A model generated the notes under the pieces. The model was not told where the DNA came from, did no database searches, and worked only from the letters and a program-made list of their open reading frames with translations. DNA of 36,286 bases from a virus. This document shows positions 7,667 to 16,901 of the stretch, piece after piece. The translations under genes were made by a program, and so were the position numbers. Within the stretch, counting starts at the first letter, position 1, and each line of letters begins with the position of its first letter. The stretch covers positions 1-36,286 of IMG/VR virus record IMGVR_UViG_3300008255_000077, one strand, 5' to 3'.

Positions 7667-9685
7667 TCAAACCTCGTCAATAAACGCAGACCAGCTAACC
7701 ACCCGATCAGCCGTAGCTGACCAGTTGACCTGATCGCCTGTGAATATCTGTGGGCGGATAGTCGTCGCAGTTAGGGCGTTTAGCTCTGCGATGGCGTGAC
7801 GGTTACCGTTAATCCCTCCAACCGATGTAGCAAATCCGGCAGGCGTGCGCGGGTACGGATGTTTGAAAGTTTGTATTGCGGCAATGGTGGACGCAGTGTC
7901 AGATGCGGCGCTCAACGTGACCTGTCCTGATTGTTTCTGTAGGCGGTGCGGGAAGTTCAGGTACGCTGACCCAGCCGCAACATGAAGGGCTACGCCGGAA
8001 ACGAATCCATTTATATTGTCAACTATGATCCGGCCAGAAGCAGCAACGCCGGAAGATAGGGTGGTTCTCAATATAGTATTGAGTGCATTAATGTCCGCCG
8101 AAACACCATCTATCTCGAAATTCATTTCTGCGGAGGAGCCGCGATTAACAAGGAGAACAAGAGACGTGCTGCTTGTCATATTTCTGGCGTATACAGAGCA
8201 GTCGTCGAGGAAGAACGTACAGGGAAGTACTGTATCCGCCGTGATGGCCGGAGAGTTGCCACCGATATCATATAGCCCGCGACTATTTGGTTGGGGGTTT
8301 ATGCTGGACTTGAAGTCACAGTTTTTAGCCCCCAGCCGCCCGCCCTTTACTTCCGCGTGGTACATAAAGTACCCAGTCGCGTTATTGGTGATTGTGCAGC
8401 CGTCGTAGTGGTTGTCCTTGCCCTGCAGATTCGCACCACCATAGATAGTGCAGTCTATGTAACTAGAATCCTCAGTGTTGCCGTGGAAATCAGCAGCCTC
8501 GGTGGAACTCGCAATATCATTGCGCAACAGCGTTCCACGCACCCGGCTATCACGAACAGGCACGCTACAAATTTCATTGCCGCCGCCGTGAGTGATGGCA
8601 TGTCTACGACCGTATGCACTGCCTCCATTAATCCGGGCGTGCTGGCTGTTACCAACCGCAACGCCGTAGTCGTCGCCACCGTCTCCGACGTTATGCACTT
8701 TTGGGTTGTTGAACACCGGCCTCCAGCAGCGGTCAAAATATACGACTGAGTTGTTTGCGTGATCTCCTGTGATATTTTCTAGTAGTGGGTCGAGACAAAA
8801 GACGGGGCGAATAAGCCCGGTAACCGTAGTACCGACTATCTTGAAGTCTCGTAGAACTACTTGTGGGCCAGTTATCTTGTAAACGTCAACAGCGGCAGCA
8901 TCATAGGTATCGTACAGCGGAGTAACCGTAGTTACTGTGTTGTCCGAAATACTCTCAACCTGACACCACTCGCCAGCTCGGTAGACTGGGCGGAACCCAG
9001 ACCAGCTTGCGTCAGTCGGATTGTAGATCACGAATACATCGCCAGGCACAAGGGAGGGTGGAGATGTAAAAAGCACGGTATTTGACCCAACTGTTTGAGT
9101 CCCGCTAAGCTCCTCAATTTGCGTAGCCGTTCCAGTAGCTTCGAGCGCGTAGCTCCCGCCAGTGACAGTACCCGTGAAGTCCAACACCGTAGAGTCGCCA
9201 TCACCGATAAGTCGCAAGTCTTCGGATCCGATTACGGCGGAGTTGAGTTTGTAAGTGCCGGCAGGGGCATAAACGAATTTACCGGTGATGGCAGCTTTAG
9301 TCCTGGCTGCAATAAAGGCGGCGCTATCGTCAGTCACACCATCCGCCACGGCACCCTCTTGCAGCACATCAACTGCCATGGCGCGGGCAATCGCATTTAG
9401 TGTTCCGCCAACTGTGCCGTCTGCATAAGCCAGTGACTGGTTATGCGCAACCTGGCCTGAGCCCTTAGCTGCGTCCACAGCGTCCGCCACGTCATCCCGC
9501 AAGTCGTCCGTATATGAGCTTGCTGCGGATTCGGCGTCAGCTATTTGCAGCGCACGGAAAGCATCCCGATTAAGCAGCGCCTGCGCCTGCCGGTTCATCG
9601 GGTTTCCGGTGCCGCCTAGCGCCCTATCTGTTGTCTCTAGCTGAACAACCGGGCTAAGCGTGGCGACTGGGGTTAGATCGGTCAT
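7667..9685 (-). CDS. tailspike with right-handed beta-helix (pectate-lyase-like) domain; depolymerase candidate
   Basis: 672 aa. The N-terminal anchor motif is LETTDRALGG.GNPMNRQAQALLNR. Then comes DDSAAFIAA...GTYKL...GDGDSTVLDF, followed by many Gly/Asn/His-rich beta-helix rungs. The DNA is visibly AT-richer than its neighbours. Confidence 0.8.
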   Translation of the reverse strand: MTDLTPVATLSPVVQLETTDRALGGTGNPMNRQAQALLNRDAFRALQIADAESAASSYTDDLRDDVADAVDAAKGSGQVAHNQSLAYADGTVGGTLNAIARAMAVDVLQEGAVADGVTDDSAAFIAARTKAAITGKFVYAPAGTYKLNSAVIGSEDLRLIGDGDSTVLDFTGTVTGGSYALEATGTATQIEELSGTQTVGSNTVLFTSPPSLVPGDVFVIYNPTDASWSGFRPVYRAGEWCQVESISDNTVTTVTPLYDTYDAAAVDVYKITGPQVVLRDFKIVGTTVTGLIRPVFCLDPLLENITGDHANNSVVYFDRCWRPVFNNPKVHNVGDGGDDYGVAVGNSQHARINGGSAYGRRHAITHGGGNEICSVPVRDSRVRGTLLRNDIASSTEAADFHGNTEDSSYIDCTIYGGANLQGKDNHYDGCTITNNATGYFMYHAEVKGGRLGAKNCDFKSSINPQPNSRGLYDIGGNSPAITADTVLPCTFFLDDCSVYARNMTSSTSLVLLVNRGSSAEMNFEIDGVSADINALNTILRTTLSSGVAASGRIIVDNINGFVSGVALHVAAGSAYLNFPHRLQKQSGQVTLSAASDTASTIAAIQTFKHPYPRTPAGFATSVGGINGNRHAIAELNALTATTIRPQIFTGDQVNWSATADRVVSWSAFIDEV

Positions 9686-9695
9686 TTATGAATCC

Positions 9696-10151
9696 TCATG
9701 CCGGCACTTTCTCGCCGTTCAAATAATAGGTTCCGTCGAGAAGCCATGTTCCGTCAAGGAACAGCGGCTCGACGTATATAACGGGCGGCTCGTCGCCGAT
9801 TGCAACTTCGGGGAATGTTGAGGTGCCTGATGCCAATTCCTGCATTTCTTCCTCGGTCACAAAGTACAGTTCGCACCGACCCTCGGCGAAGTCTCCCAGG
9901 CGGAACGGTGCTTGCCCGCTCTTGTCGGTGACGCTCGCGAAGAAATCGAAAGGCCAGTTGAGCGCGCGAATGTGCAGCACTCCCAGACTCATCATGAAGC
10001 CGTAGAATGTTTCGCCGCGCCAGCTCACGTCAAACGACCAGAACTCCGACACCGCGTAGAAGTTCAGGGTCAGCGTGATTTCCTCGTCATCGACGAGAAG
10101 TATATGCCGCTGGCTTGGCTCGTCGGTGATCCCGGTTATCTGAATGGCCAT
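9696..10151 (-). CDS. hypothetical tail/baseplate protein
   Basis: 151-aa ORF inside the tail module. No motif was recognised. Confidence 0.45.
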   Translation of the reverse strand: MAIQITGITDEPSQRHILLVDDEEITLTLNFYAVSEFWSFDVSWRGETFYGFMMSLGVLHIRALNWPFDFFASVTDKSGQAPFRLGDFAEGRCELYFVTEEEMQELASGTSTFPEVAIGDEPPVIYVEPLFLDGTWLLDGTYYLNGEKVPA

Positions 10152-10153
10152 GG

Positions 10154-10930
10154 TTATCCAAAGACTGCTGAGAGTACGGATTTCTCTTTACGTCCAGGCG
10201 CTGCGGTTCCGTCGCCCGACTCCGGGGATTGTACCCCTTTGTCGGACTGCCCCGCGACTTGGCTGGCCACGGCCGGAGACGGCTTACGGTAGAACTGCGA
10301 AAGTTCGGTGAATATCGTCTCCGCGATTCGGAACTTTTGCGCGGTCAGCGCGAACGTCAGTGCCTTGCGTTGGTTGTCACGGGTGATTGTCACGCTCGTT
10401 ACTGCCATGCTTTCGTGCGTGCGGTACGGCATGGAGATGGTGATCAACTGCTTGCCGTAGTGGACGGACTCGATGAAGTCGATGAACTGCTCTCGAATTG
10501 GTTTCGTTCCTGCCTTGTTGCCGGCGAAGTCAGAGACCTGGCGCCCATTCTTGATTGCTGTATCAATCTTCCGATATCTGTCCGTTGCCGTGTTGATGAT
10601 CCTGGCCACGCGCTGAGCCTGCGAAACTGTGCGGCCAGGGGCTAGTGCTGTAACGACGCCAACTGTCGGCAGGCGCGCTGCTGACTGGCTTGCAGGTGGT
10701 GGGTTTAGGAACACGTCCGACACGTCGCCGGAAATGTTCAGTTTGATCGGCCCATTAATCAGGTGGTCACCGATATAGCTGCCGTCCTCGACTACCGATG
10801 TCGGTGCCTGGGTTTCGTATGCGGTCGAGTCTGACACGCGGGCGAACAGGTTAAACCCGCCAATGCCGATTTCCTCAGCAACTGGCGAGCTAAGCGCGGT
10901 GTTCTGGCCTGCAAAGAATTCGCGGATCAT
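10154..10930 (-). CDS. tail protein downstream of the tape measure (Mu gp43-position)
   Basis: 258 aa, coupled by ATGA to the tape measure stop. The call rests on position only. Confidence 0.4.
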   Translation of the reverse strand: MIREFFAGQNTALSSPVAEEIGIGGFNLFARVSDSTAYETQAPTSVVEDGSYIGDHLINGPIKLNISGDVSDVFLNPPPASQSAARLPTVGVVTALAPGRTVSQAQRVARIINTATDRYRKIDTAIKNGRQVSDFAGNKAGTKPIREQFIDFIESVHYGKQLITISMPYRTHESMAVTSVTITRDNQRKALTFALTAQKFRIAETIFTELSQFYRKPSPAVASQVAGQSDKGVQSPESGDGTAAPGRKEKSVLSAVFG

Positions 10931-12402
10931 CGGCCACCCCGGTTAGCTTGGGTTTTGGCGTTGCGCAACTGCTCTTGCAGGGCGTCATTGACTGCGGCGC
11001 CGGCCTGCTTAGGGTCGGAACTGTTGACGCTGATCTGCACCTGTTGATCGATGTTGCTAGTAGTGCTGTTGTTGCTTGTGCCACCGCCACCACCGATGGA
11101 AATTGCGTCATTCGGAGACAGCCCTCCAGACGACGACTCGCCCGCGCCAAGGTATTGGAGAGCCCAGTCAGGCAGGAGGCCGGAAACGATGCCCAGGACG
11201 AAATCGCCGAACGCTGAGAAGGCCAGTTTCAGGTCATCAAGCGCGCCGGAAAAGTTACCCTTGAACACGTTGATCACGGCGGAGAACAGGCCACCGATTG
11301 ACGCGAACCAAGGCTCAAGCAGGCCAGACACGGTGCCGATCATCCACATGAAGGCGCCCACTATGCCCTGCATGATCGGCACGATATCGAAGCCCAGGAA
11401 CTCCATGAAGAAATCGCGAATCACCGACTGGCCGCCATTGAATGCGACGATCAGGTCGTCAACGATCAGAAGCAGAGCCACGATACCGGCAGTGATCAGA
11501 ACCACAGGCGATAGCAGCACGCCAAGGATTGCCACTAGGCCGCCCGTAGCGAGCTGCCACACGACAAACGCAGCGCCTGCTGCCAATACCAAGGGGGTCA
11601 TGCGCTCCAGGAAGCCCATCGTCGACACAAGCACTTCGCCCAGCCAGGTCAGGCCGTCCCGGATCACTTCCTGATTCGCCTCAAGGAAGCCGATAAACTT
11701 TTCAGTGAGGCCGGTCATTGCCGGAGCGAACCCGACAGCGACAGCATTCTGAATGCCTGACAGGCCAAACTTGAGAGTAGTCAGTGAGTCATTGAAGGCG
11801 GCAGCGTTGTCGGCCTGCTCCTGCGTGACGATGCCGAGCGACCTTGCCCGGTCAGTCAGCTTGCCAACTTCATCAGCAGACAGGGAGACAAGCTGAATTA
11901 GTGATTGGTCGATGCCGAGCTTATCCAGCACGTTCGCCTGCTCGGCGCGGCTCAGGCCTTGCAGCGTATCGGAAAGCCCTAGAAACACGTCGTCAGCGCT
12001 TCTAACGTTGCCTTCTGCGTCCCTGACAGAGATGCCTAGCTTTTCGATAATCTCCTTTGCCGGACCCCCACCCGTTTGCACGAACTCGCCCAGGCGCTTG
12101 CTCATCTCGCGGAATGACCCGCTAAGAGCGTCGGCGCTTGAACCGTTCACTGAGGCAGCAAAGCCCAGCGCCTGGATCTGCTCGACAGCAACGCCGGTTT
12201 CCCGGTTCAATTGCGCGAGAGGGTCAATGGTATCTAGGACGCTGGTAGTCCACGCAAAGAAGCCACCAGCAGCCGCAGCGAGTCCGGCAGCGGCACCAGC
12301 GAGCAGGCCGACAGACAGCTTCAAATTGGCGTTGAACTCTTTCTGCGGAGTCAGCGAGCCAACAAAGCTGAACTTGGAAACGAGTTCCGAAACTACAGCC
12401 AT
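10927..12402 (-). CDS. tail tape measure protein
   Basis: 491 aa following the chaperone genes. It has an alpha-helical N-terminal half and a hydrophobic multi-TM-like central block (LVLAAGAAFVVWQLATGGLVAILGVLLSPVVLITAGIVALLLIV). Confidence 0.85.
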   Translation of the reverse strand: MAVVSELVSKFSFVGSLTPQKEFNANLKLSVGLLAGAAAGLAAAAGGFFAWTTSVLDTIDPLAQLNRETGVAVEQIQALGFAASVNGSSADALSGSFREMSKRLGEFVQTGGGPAKEIIEKLGISVRDAEGNVRSADDVFLGLSDTLQGLSRAEQANVLDKLGIDQSLIQLVSLSADEVGKLTDRARSLGIVTQEQADNAAAFNDSLTTLKFGLSGIQNAVAVGFAPAMTGLTEKFIGFLEANQEVIRDGLTWLGEVLVSTMGFLERMTPLVLAAGAAFVVWQLATGGLVAILGVLLSPVVLITAGIVALLLIVDDLIVAFNGGQSVIRDFFMEFLGFDIVPIMQGIVGAFMWMIGTVSGLLEPWFASIGGLFSAVINVFKGNFSGALDDLKLAFSAFGDFVLGIVSGLLPDWALQYLGAGESSSGGLSPNDAISIGGGGGTSNNSTTSNIDQQVQISVNSSDPKQAGAAVNDALQEQLRNAKTQANRGGR

Positions 12403-12970
12403 TATTTGGCCCTCATCTTGTACGCCTGGATATCGGCGGTGATCTGCTCAAACTCAATGGCGTCCAGAAACTCTGTTGTGTCCATCGCCTCAATCTCGGC
12501 CAGGCTTCCATACCCGGCCTTGACTAGGGCAAACATCGCCATGCGCTCAGGATCTACATTGGTTTTCTTGATGTAGTCTTCGCTGGCGTCTCGGCCTGGG
12601 ATGCTGAGGCGATACCGGACGCGCGCAAAAAAGGGTACGACATTACCCCCATCGCAGCAGCAACAAGCGTCAAATAGTCCTCTGGGAACTCTTCCCAGTG
12701 ATCCCGGCGCTTGCTCAGCAGCTCGCCGTCAAGCGACACGGCAGACCACATGACCTTTTCCACTTCGGCAAAGCCGGGAGTGTCGAGGAACGCGAAATTG
12801 TTCGCGGCAAGCTGCGACTGCACGGCGCTGTAGAAGGCGAACACCTTGCGGCGCTCCATATGCTGCATCTTGTGCAGCTTGTAGGCTCGACCGTTTACTT
12901 CGGCTTCCCCGTCTTCGTAGATAGCGCGGATCTGCGCCAGCGCTGCGGCCTGCTGTTCGTTTGGAGTCAT
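12402..12970 (-). CDS. tail assembly chaperone -1 frameshift fusion product (G-T-like)
   Basis: The -1 frame entered at C CCT TTT stays open for 77 codons. It ends at TAA 12404-12402, which overlaps the tape measure ATG (TAATG). The extension reads ...DYIKKTNVDPERMAMFALVKAGYGSLAEIEAMDTTEFLDAIEFEQITADIQAYKMRAK and fills the otherwise non-coding 150 nt. Confidence 0.6.
12554..12970 (-). CDS. tail assembly chaperone (G-like, zero-frame product)
   Basis: 138 aa between the tube and tape measure genes. It contains a slippery heptamer near its 3' end. Confidence 0.75.
   Translation of the reverse strand: MTPNEQQAAALAQIRAIYEDGEAEVNGRAYKLHKMQHMERRKVFAFYSAVQSQLAANNFAFLDTPGFAEVEKVMWSAVSLDGELLSKRRDHWEEFPEDYLTLVAAAMGVMSYPFLRASGIASASQAETPAKTTSRKPM
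12629..12635 (-). promoter_or_regulatory. programmed -1 ribosomal frameshift slippery heptamer C CCT TTT
   Basis: The minus strand reads TAC CCT TTT TTG in the zero frame, which fits X XXY YYZ. I checked the phase against the ORF start at 12970. Confidence 0.6.
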
Positions 12971-12973
12971 CGG

Positions 12974-13405
12974 TTACAGGCTCCGCTTGGCGGTACGGAA
13001 GCGCAGGACGTATTCCATCAGCGCGTTCCCGTCTTGGTTGTTTTTGGTCTGCGTCGGCTGGGTGGTGATGCTGCCAGACTCAAGCGTCCAGCTCTCCACG
13101 CCCGCGCCGCCGTCGATGGTGTAGGACTCCTTCAGGGAGCCGTCGACCACGGACGGACCTTCTGCGTTGATCAGGCCAAGCATGTACACGTCATCCGGGC
13201 TGTACTTCTGCACCCGGAACATTAGGTCGTAAACGTCCTTGTCGAAACGCTCGCTGATCGACACGCCGCCCGATGCCGAGTTGACGTGCGCCGACGCCGG
13301 GTTGGCCGGGGTCAGGGTGACGTAATCACCCTCGGCAAACGATGTCATGGCCCTGTCGTTAAGGATCAGGGTTGCGCTGTCTGCGCTGATGGTAATTACG
13401 CTCAT
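12974..13405 (-). CDS. tail tube protein (DUF3277-like)
   Basis: 143 aa, immediately after the sheath gene and before the chaperone. Confidence 0.7.
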   Translation of the reverse strand: MSVITISADSATLILNDRAMTSFAEGDYVTLTPANPASAHVNSASGGVSISERFDKDVYDLMFRVQKYSPDDVYMLGLINAEGPSVVDGSLKESYTIDGGAGVESWTLESGSITTQPTQTKNNQDGNALMEYVLRFRTAKRSL

Positions 13406-13417
13406 GAGTCGCGCCCC

Positions 13418-14920
13418 TTACAGGTTGAAGTTGATGATGATGTCGGCCGAGTGAATGCCCCCGGCGTTCTTCACTGCGATCTGCACTACCGGAGACTTGC
13501 GCAACTGGCGGTCAACCTGCGGCTGATCTTTCAGGAGGCCGGCGAGAACGTAGAAGCCGAACTGCTCGATGTTCCGGTTGAACGTGTCGATGTTGCCGAA
13601 GCTGTCAGGGCTGGACCAAGTGCCAGGTGCGAATACACCAGCACGGACATAGCGTCGGGAGGTTTTTTCATTGCCCGCGACGAGCTTGTTTACATCTCGG
13701 GTAGTTTGCGCAAGCTTAGTACCGGTCGACTTCAACAGATTGAAGTTGTCGGTCTGGACCGCGTCGATGAAGGCGATCAGGTTGTAAACGTTATCCACGA
13801 AATCATTCGCCGGGCTGGTCAGCACGACCGACACGTCTTTGATGGTGGTGTAGAGGTCAAGGCCAACACGCTTGGCCGCGTCAATTTCTGTCTGAGTGTA
13901 GGACTCAGCCGGAACGCTCAGTGTCTTGAGGTTCATGGTGATAGCCGAGTTCTCGGCGTTGAAGTTCACCGTGTGCGTTCGCGCCATGTAGCTAGCTGCA
14001 AGCTTGCGGTTGCCCGACTTGCTGTAGAGGCTGCGGAAGCTGGTTTGACTGGCGAGTTTGACCGCCCACACCGGGTTAGCCGGGTCCACGACCAAGTAGC
14101 TGGAGCCGCTGAACACGTTGTAGACGATGGACTGATTCGCCTGCGCCCATGCGGCAATGTCGTCAACCTCGGCATCCAATACCAAGTCGATGAAGCACGA
14201 ACCCTTGAAGTTGATCAGGGCCTTGGTCGCGGTCAACGACTCGACCTTTGTTTCGATTGGCAGGACAACAGCGGCCGCGCCCTGGGTCAGAGTCGAGCCG
14301 GAGCCATCGGACAGCGACAGGATTTCACCGATGAAGGTGCCGGTCGTGTGCGCCTCGAAGGCAGTCAACAGGCTGAGAACGCCGGTCGTGCCGCTGGTCA
14401 CGGTCAGGTAACCGTTCTCGTGCGCCACGCTGGCTCCGGCAATGGCCGTATCGAGAATGGTCGCCACGCCATCCAGATCGACGGTGCTGGTGAAGTCCAC
14501 GCCAGTGACGACTACCGGAGTACCGTCCACGTCGATAGTGAAGCTGCCGTCGCTGATGGTTTGCAGGGTGCTGATGACAGTCGCTTCGACCATCTGCGCG
14601 CTAACCAGGGTGGCGGAAGTTGCGGCCACGTTCTCGGCTACAGCTCGGTGCAATGCAACGATCAGCGATCCGCCGAAGTTCACGGCGTTAGGCTTGGTGC
14701 CGAAGACGGTGTTCGCATACTCGGTCACAGCGGAAGCGCTGCCCCAGTCTGCGGCCACGGCGCCCGGCTCTCGGTAGGCCCGGAAGCGCTCAGAGCTGGA
14801 GACAACGCCTGGTTCGCTGGTGAACACGGTGACGACGTTCATGTTCGTGAAGTCGGCTTGCGCGCCCTCGGGGATGAGTGCGGCAGAAACGACGTTCGTA
14901 ATACTGGCGTTATTGTTCAT
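13418..14920 (-). CDS. contractile tail sheath protein (DUF3383-like)
   Basis: 500 aa, first of the sheath, tube, chaperone, tape-measure order. The N-terminal pattern resembles DUF3383 sheath proteins as I remember them. Confidence 0.75.
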   Translation of the reverse strand: MNNNASITNVVSAALIPEGAQADFTNMNVVTVFTSEPGVVSSSERFRAYREPGAVAADWGSASAVTEYANTVFGTKPNAVNFGGSLIVALHRAVAENVAATSATLVSAQMVEATVISTLQTISDGSFTIDVDGTPVVVTGVDFTSTVDLDGVATILDTAIAGASVAHENGYLTVTSGTTGVLSLLTAFEAHTTGTFIGEILSLSDGSGSTLTQGAAAVVLPIETKVESLTATKALINFKGSCFIDLVLDAEVDDIAAWAQANQSIVYNVFSGSSYLVVDPANPVWAVKLASQTSFRSLYSKSGNRKLAASYMARTHTVNFNAENSAITMNLKTLSVPAESYTQTEIDAAKRVGLDLYTTIKDVSVVLTSPANDFVDNVYNLIAFIDAVQTDNFNLLKSTGTKLAQTTRDVNKLVAGNEKTSRRYVRAGVFAPGTWSSPDSFGNIDTFNRNIEQFGFYVLAGLLKDQPQVDRQLRKSPVVQIAVKNAGGIHSADIIINFNL

Positions 14921-15416
14921 AGATCAAACCTCGTTCGCCGATTATGCGAAGTTGCGCGGTGTCGATGCGGAGTGTATCAACTACCAAGGATGGGTTGTAG
15001 TGTACTTGGCATTCCAGTTGCATGCGCTCCCCGTATTGCTGGCCGGTGAGTGCTTTAACGTCTGTTGCGCCGACTGGGTGCCACACGGTAAGGCCGAGCG
15101 TCTGTTGCAGCTCTAGCGATGCCTGAGAGCGCGCCAGGAGGCGAAACTTGCGGCAGTTGGCGTGGGCATTGAATCCGTAGAAGTCGAACGTCACGGGGCG
15201 CGAGACAAGCTCTGTGTAGGTCATCTCTTCGTCGGTGCCGTCGTATGACTCATTGCTGGCCAGAGGGATGTCAGCGGCCAGGGAGTCGACCACGATGTAA
15301 TCAGTCTCGAAGGCCTCGCGGTCGAAGTTCTGCCGGCCGATCTTGATCAGGCTTTCGGCGTGCGGCAGCAGATCACGCACAAAGCGTGCCAAGTTAATCA
15401 GTACGGGATCGCTCAT
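14910..15416 (-). CDS. tail terminator / neck protein candidate
   Basis: 168 aa, directly upstream of the sheath gene and coupled by ATGA to the gene before it. Confidence 0.45.
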   Translation of the reverse strand: MSDPVLINLARFVRDLLPHAESLIKIGRQNFDREAFETDYIVVDSLAADIPLASNESYDGTDEEMTYTELVSRPVTFDFYGFNAHANCRKFRLLARSQASLELQQTLGLTVWHPVGATDVKALTGQQYGERMQLECQVHYNPSLVVDTLRIDTAQLRIIGERGLIYEQ

Positions 15417-15760
15417 GGCGTGGCCGCCAGCAATGGGAGTTTGGTTTCTTCGCCTACCACTTCATAAAAACCATACTGGCCGTATCCCTTACGGAACGGC
15501 ACCAGCTTGAAGTCGCGGCCGTCCCACTCGACGTATTGGCCGATAGCCATCGGCGTGACGCTGTGAATTTGGATGTACTCCAGGCTGAAATCGATCTGAT
15601 CGACTTGCAGCTTTTCCGGGTCTGCCGGCTGGACTACTGCCAGGATGTCAGCGACGACAACCGTTCTCGTCTCGACGAAATCCACGGTCGTGATGGTTAC
15701 GGTTTTCAGGCTAACGGCCTGCGACCACTCGGTCAGAACGTCGGACATGTCAGGAAGCAT
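15413..15760 (-). CDS. head-tail joining protein candidate
   Basis: The internal start MLPDMSDV overlaps the upstream stop by 1 nt. The call rests on position. Confidence 0.45.
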   Translation of the reverse strand: MLPDMSDVLTEWSQAVSLKTVTITTVDFVETRTVVVADILAVVQPADPEKLQVDQIDFSLEYIQIHSVTPMAIGQYVEWDGRDFKLVPFRKGYGQYGFYEVVGEETKLPLLAATP

Positions 15761-16239
15761 TAGACCACCACCCACGTTATTGAACTGCGCAACAGCCCGG
15801 TATCGATCAGCACGCCAGACGATCCTTTAGCATCCTTGGTCGCCTGGCTGATGTCAGCCCATACGCCATAGCCGCGCGTGCGGAATGCGCCTACGCTGAT
15901 ATTGCGAGCGGCCAGGCCAACACGGCCTAGCGCCTTCTCGACGTCCATGCCCTTCTCCAGAACTAGATTGAATTGTTGCTCTAGCACCTTCGTCAGATCC
16001 GCAGACTTAGCGTTAAGCGGGCCGCGAAGGAATGAGCGCCGGTCAACTTTTGATGTTCCAAATTCGTGCCAGATACCGACCTCCAGAACAGTCGGCGCTG
16101 GCCCGGCCCCGTCATTTGTGTATGCCTTGCTCGTTGCCGTTTCACCGGCAGGAAGCCCGACCTTGACCGACAGGGACTTGGCTTTCTCCATATTGGAAAG
16201 CTGGGCTTGTGCGAAGCGCAGCGTTTCCTCGGGAGTCAT
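15760..16239 (-). CDS. head-tail joining protein (HK97 gp10-like candidate)
   Basis: The internal start MTPEETL is coupled by ATGA (16239-16236) to the upstream stop. It lies in the connector cluster. Confidence 0.5.
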   Translation of the reverse strand: MTPEETLRFAQAQLSNMEKAKSLSVKVGLPAGETATSKAYTNDGAGPAPTVLEVGIWHEFGTSKVDRRSFLRGPLNAKSADLTKVLEQQFNLVLEKGMDVEKALGRVGLAARNISVGAFRTRGYGVWADISQATKDAKGSSGVLIDTGLLRSSITWVVV

Positions 16240-16565
16240 ACGAACCGCGCCCCAACTTGACGGCCAGTCAGCAGCCAGTAGGTCTGGCCGTAACGGGTCG
16301 AATTGTAGAAGCTCGCCCACTGGCTTGTGCTGGTCGATGAGCCGTAGGAGACAGACACGCTACCAACGGACTTACTTTCGGCTGTGCGGGCCGACCCGGT
16401 GCCAGGAAGCAGCGCCAGGGTGAGCAGGTGAGCGATCAGGTTAAGGATCGCCTCCTTTGTCTTGTCGCCATATGCGAGGCATGTGTAGGCCGTCCACGTC
16501 GAGGCGATGGACTCCACCCAAGTGATGGACGGAAACCGGGCCTCGAAGTCCGTTTGAATGGTCAT
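16236..16565 (-). CDS. head-tail connector/adaptor (DUF4054-like)
   Basis: 109 aa. The pattern FEARFP....W...........C.AYGD..KEAILNLIAHLLTL resembles DUF4054 proteins as I remember them. Confidence 0.55.
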   Translation of the reverse strand: MTIQTDFEARFPSITWVESIASTWTAYTCLAYGDKTKEAILNLIAHLLTLALLPGTGSARTAESKSVGSVSVSYGSSTSTSQWASFYNSTRYGQTYWLLTGRQVGARFV

Positions 16566-16852
16566 CAGTCCAGACCCAGCACGCCAGATTCAACGCCGTG
16601 CATGATGCGTGCCATAAGCTGCTTGTTGCCCAGCTGGTCGGCAGTCAGCACGATTTGGCCGCGACCTTTGAGGCCGAGGCGCTTGTTCGGGTTGTCACGG
16701 AGATTTGTCACGGTGACGGTTTTCAGCTCTACAGACGGAGCAGCGGCCGGCGCATCAAGCGCCTTGTCGATCTCCGACTGAATGCGCTTTTCGCTCCAGC
16801 GGCCATCAACTTCAATGCCGAGCGACTCGGCTTGTGCTTTGAGTTCTTCCAC
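16565..16852 (-). CDS. hypothetical protein with SAP/Rho-N-like N-terminus
   Basis: 95 aa following the capsid gene. The N-terminus is MEELKAQAESLGIEVDGRWSEKRIQSEI. Confidence 0.5.
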   Translation of the reverse strand: MEELKAQAESLGIEVDGRWSEKRIQSEIDKALDAPAAAPSVELKTVTVTNLRDNPNKRLGLKGRGQIVLTADQLGNKQLMARIMHGVESGVLGLD

Positions 16853-16901
16853 AGCGGGAGCCTCTGAATAGGGTGGCGCGTCCTTGCGCCCAGGGAAACA
16901 G

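Noticed and set aside
11051-12442. 207-aa and 176-aa plus-strand ORFs opposite the tape measure gene.
   Set aside because: They are Pro/Ser/Arg-rich antisense shadows. The minus-strand tape measure is strongly supported by its size, context and start overlap.
13286-15049. 587-aa ORF on the plus strand, the longest ORF in that region.
   Set aside because: It lies fully antisense to the sheath and tube genes. Its composition is Arg/Gly/Val/His-rich with no motifs, which is typical of a shadow ORF in GC-rich DNA. The minus-strand genes there have coupled starts and recognisable structural roles.
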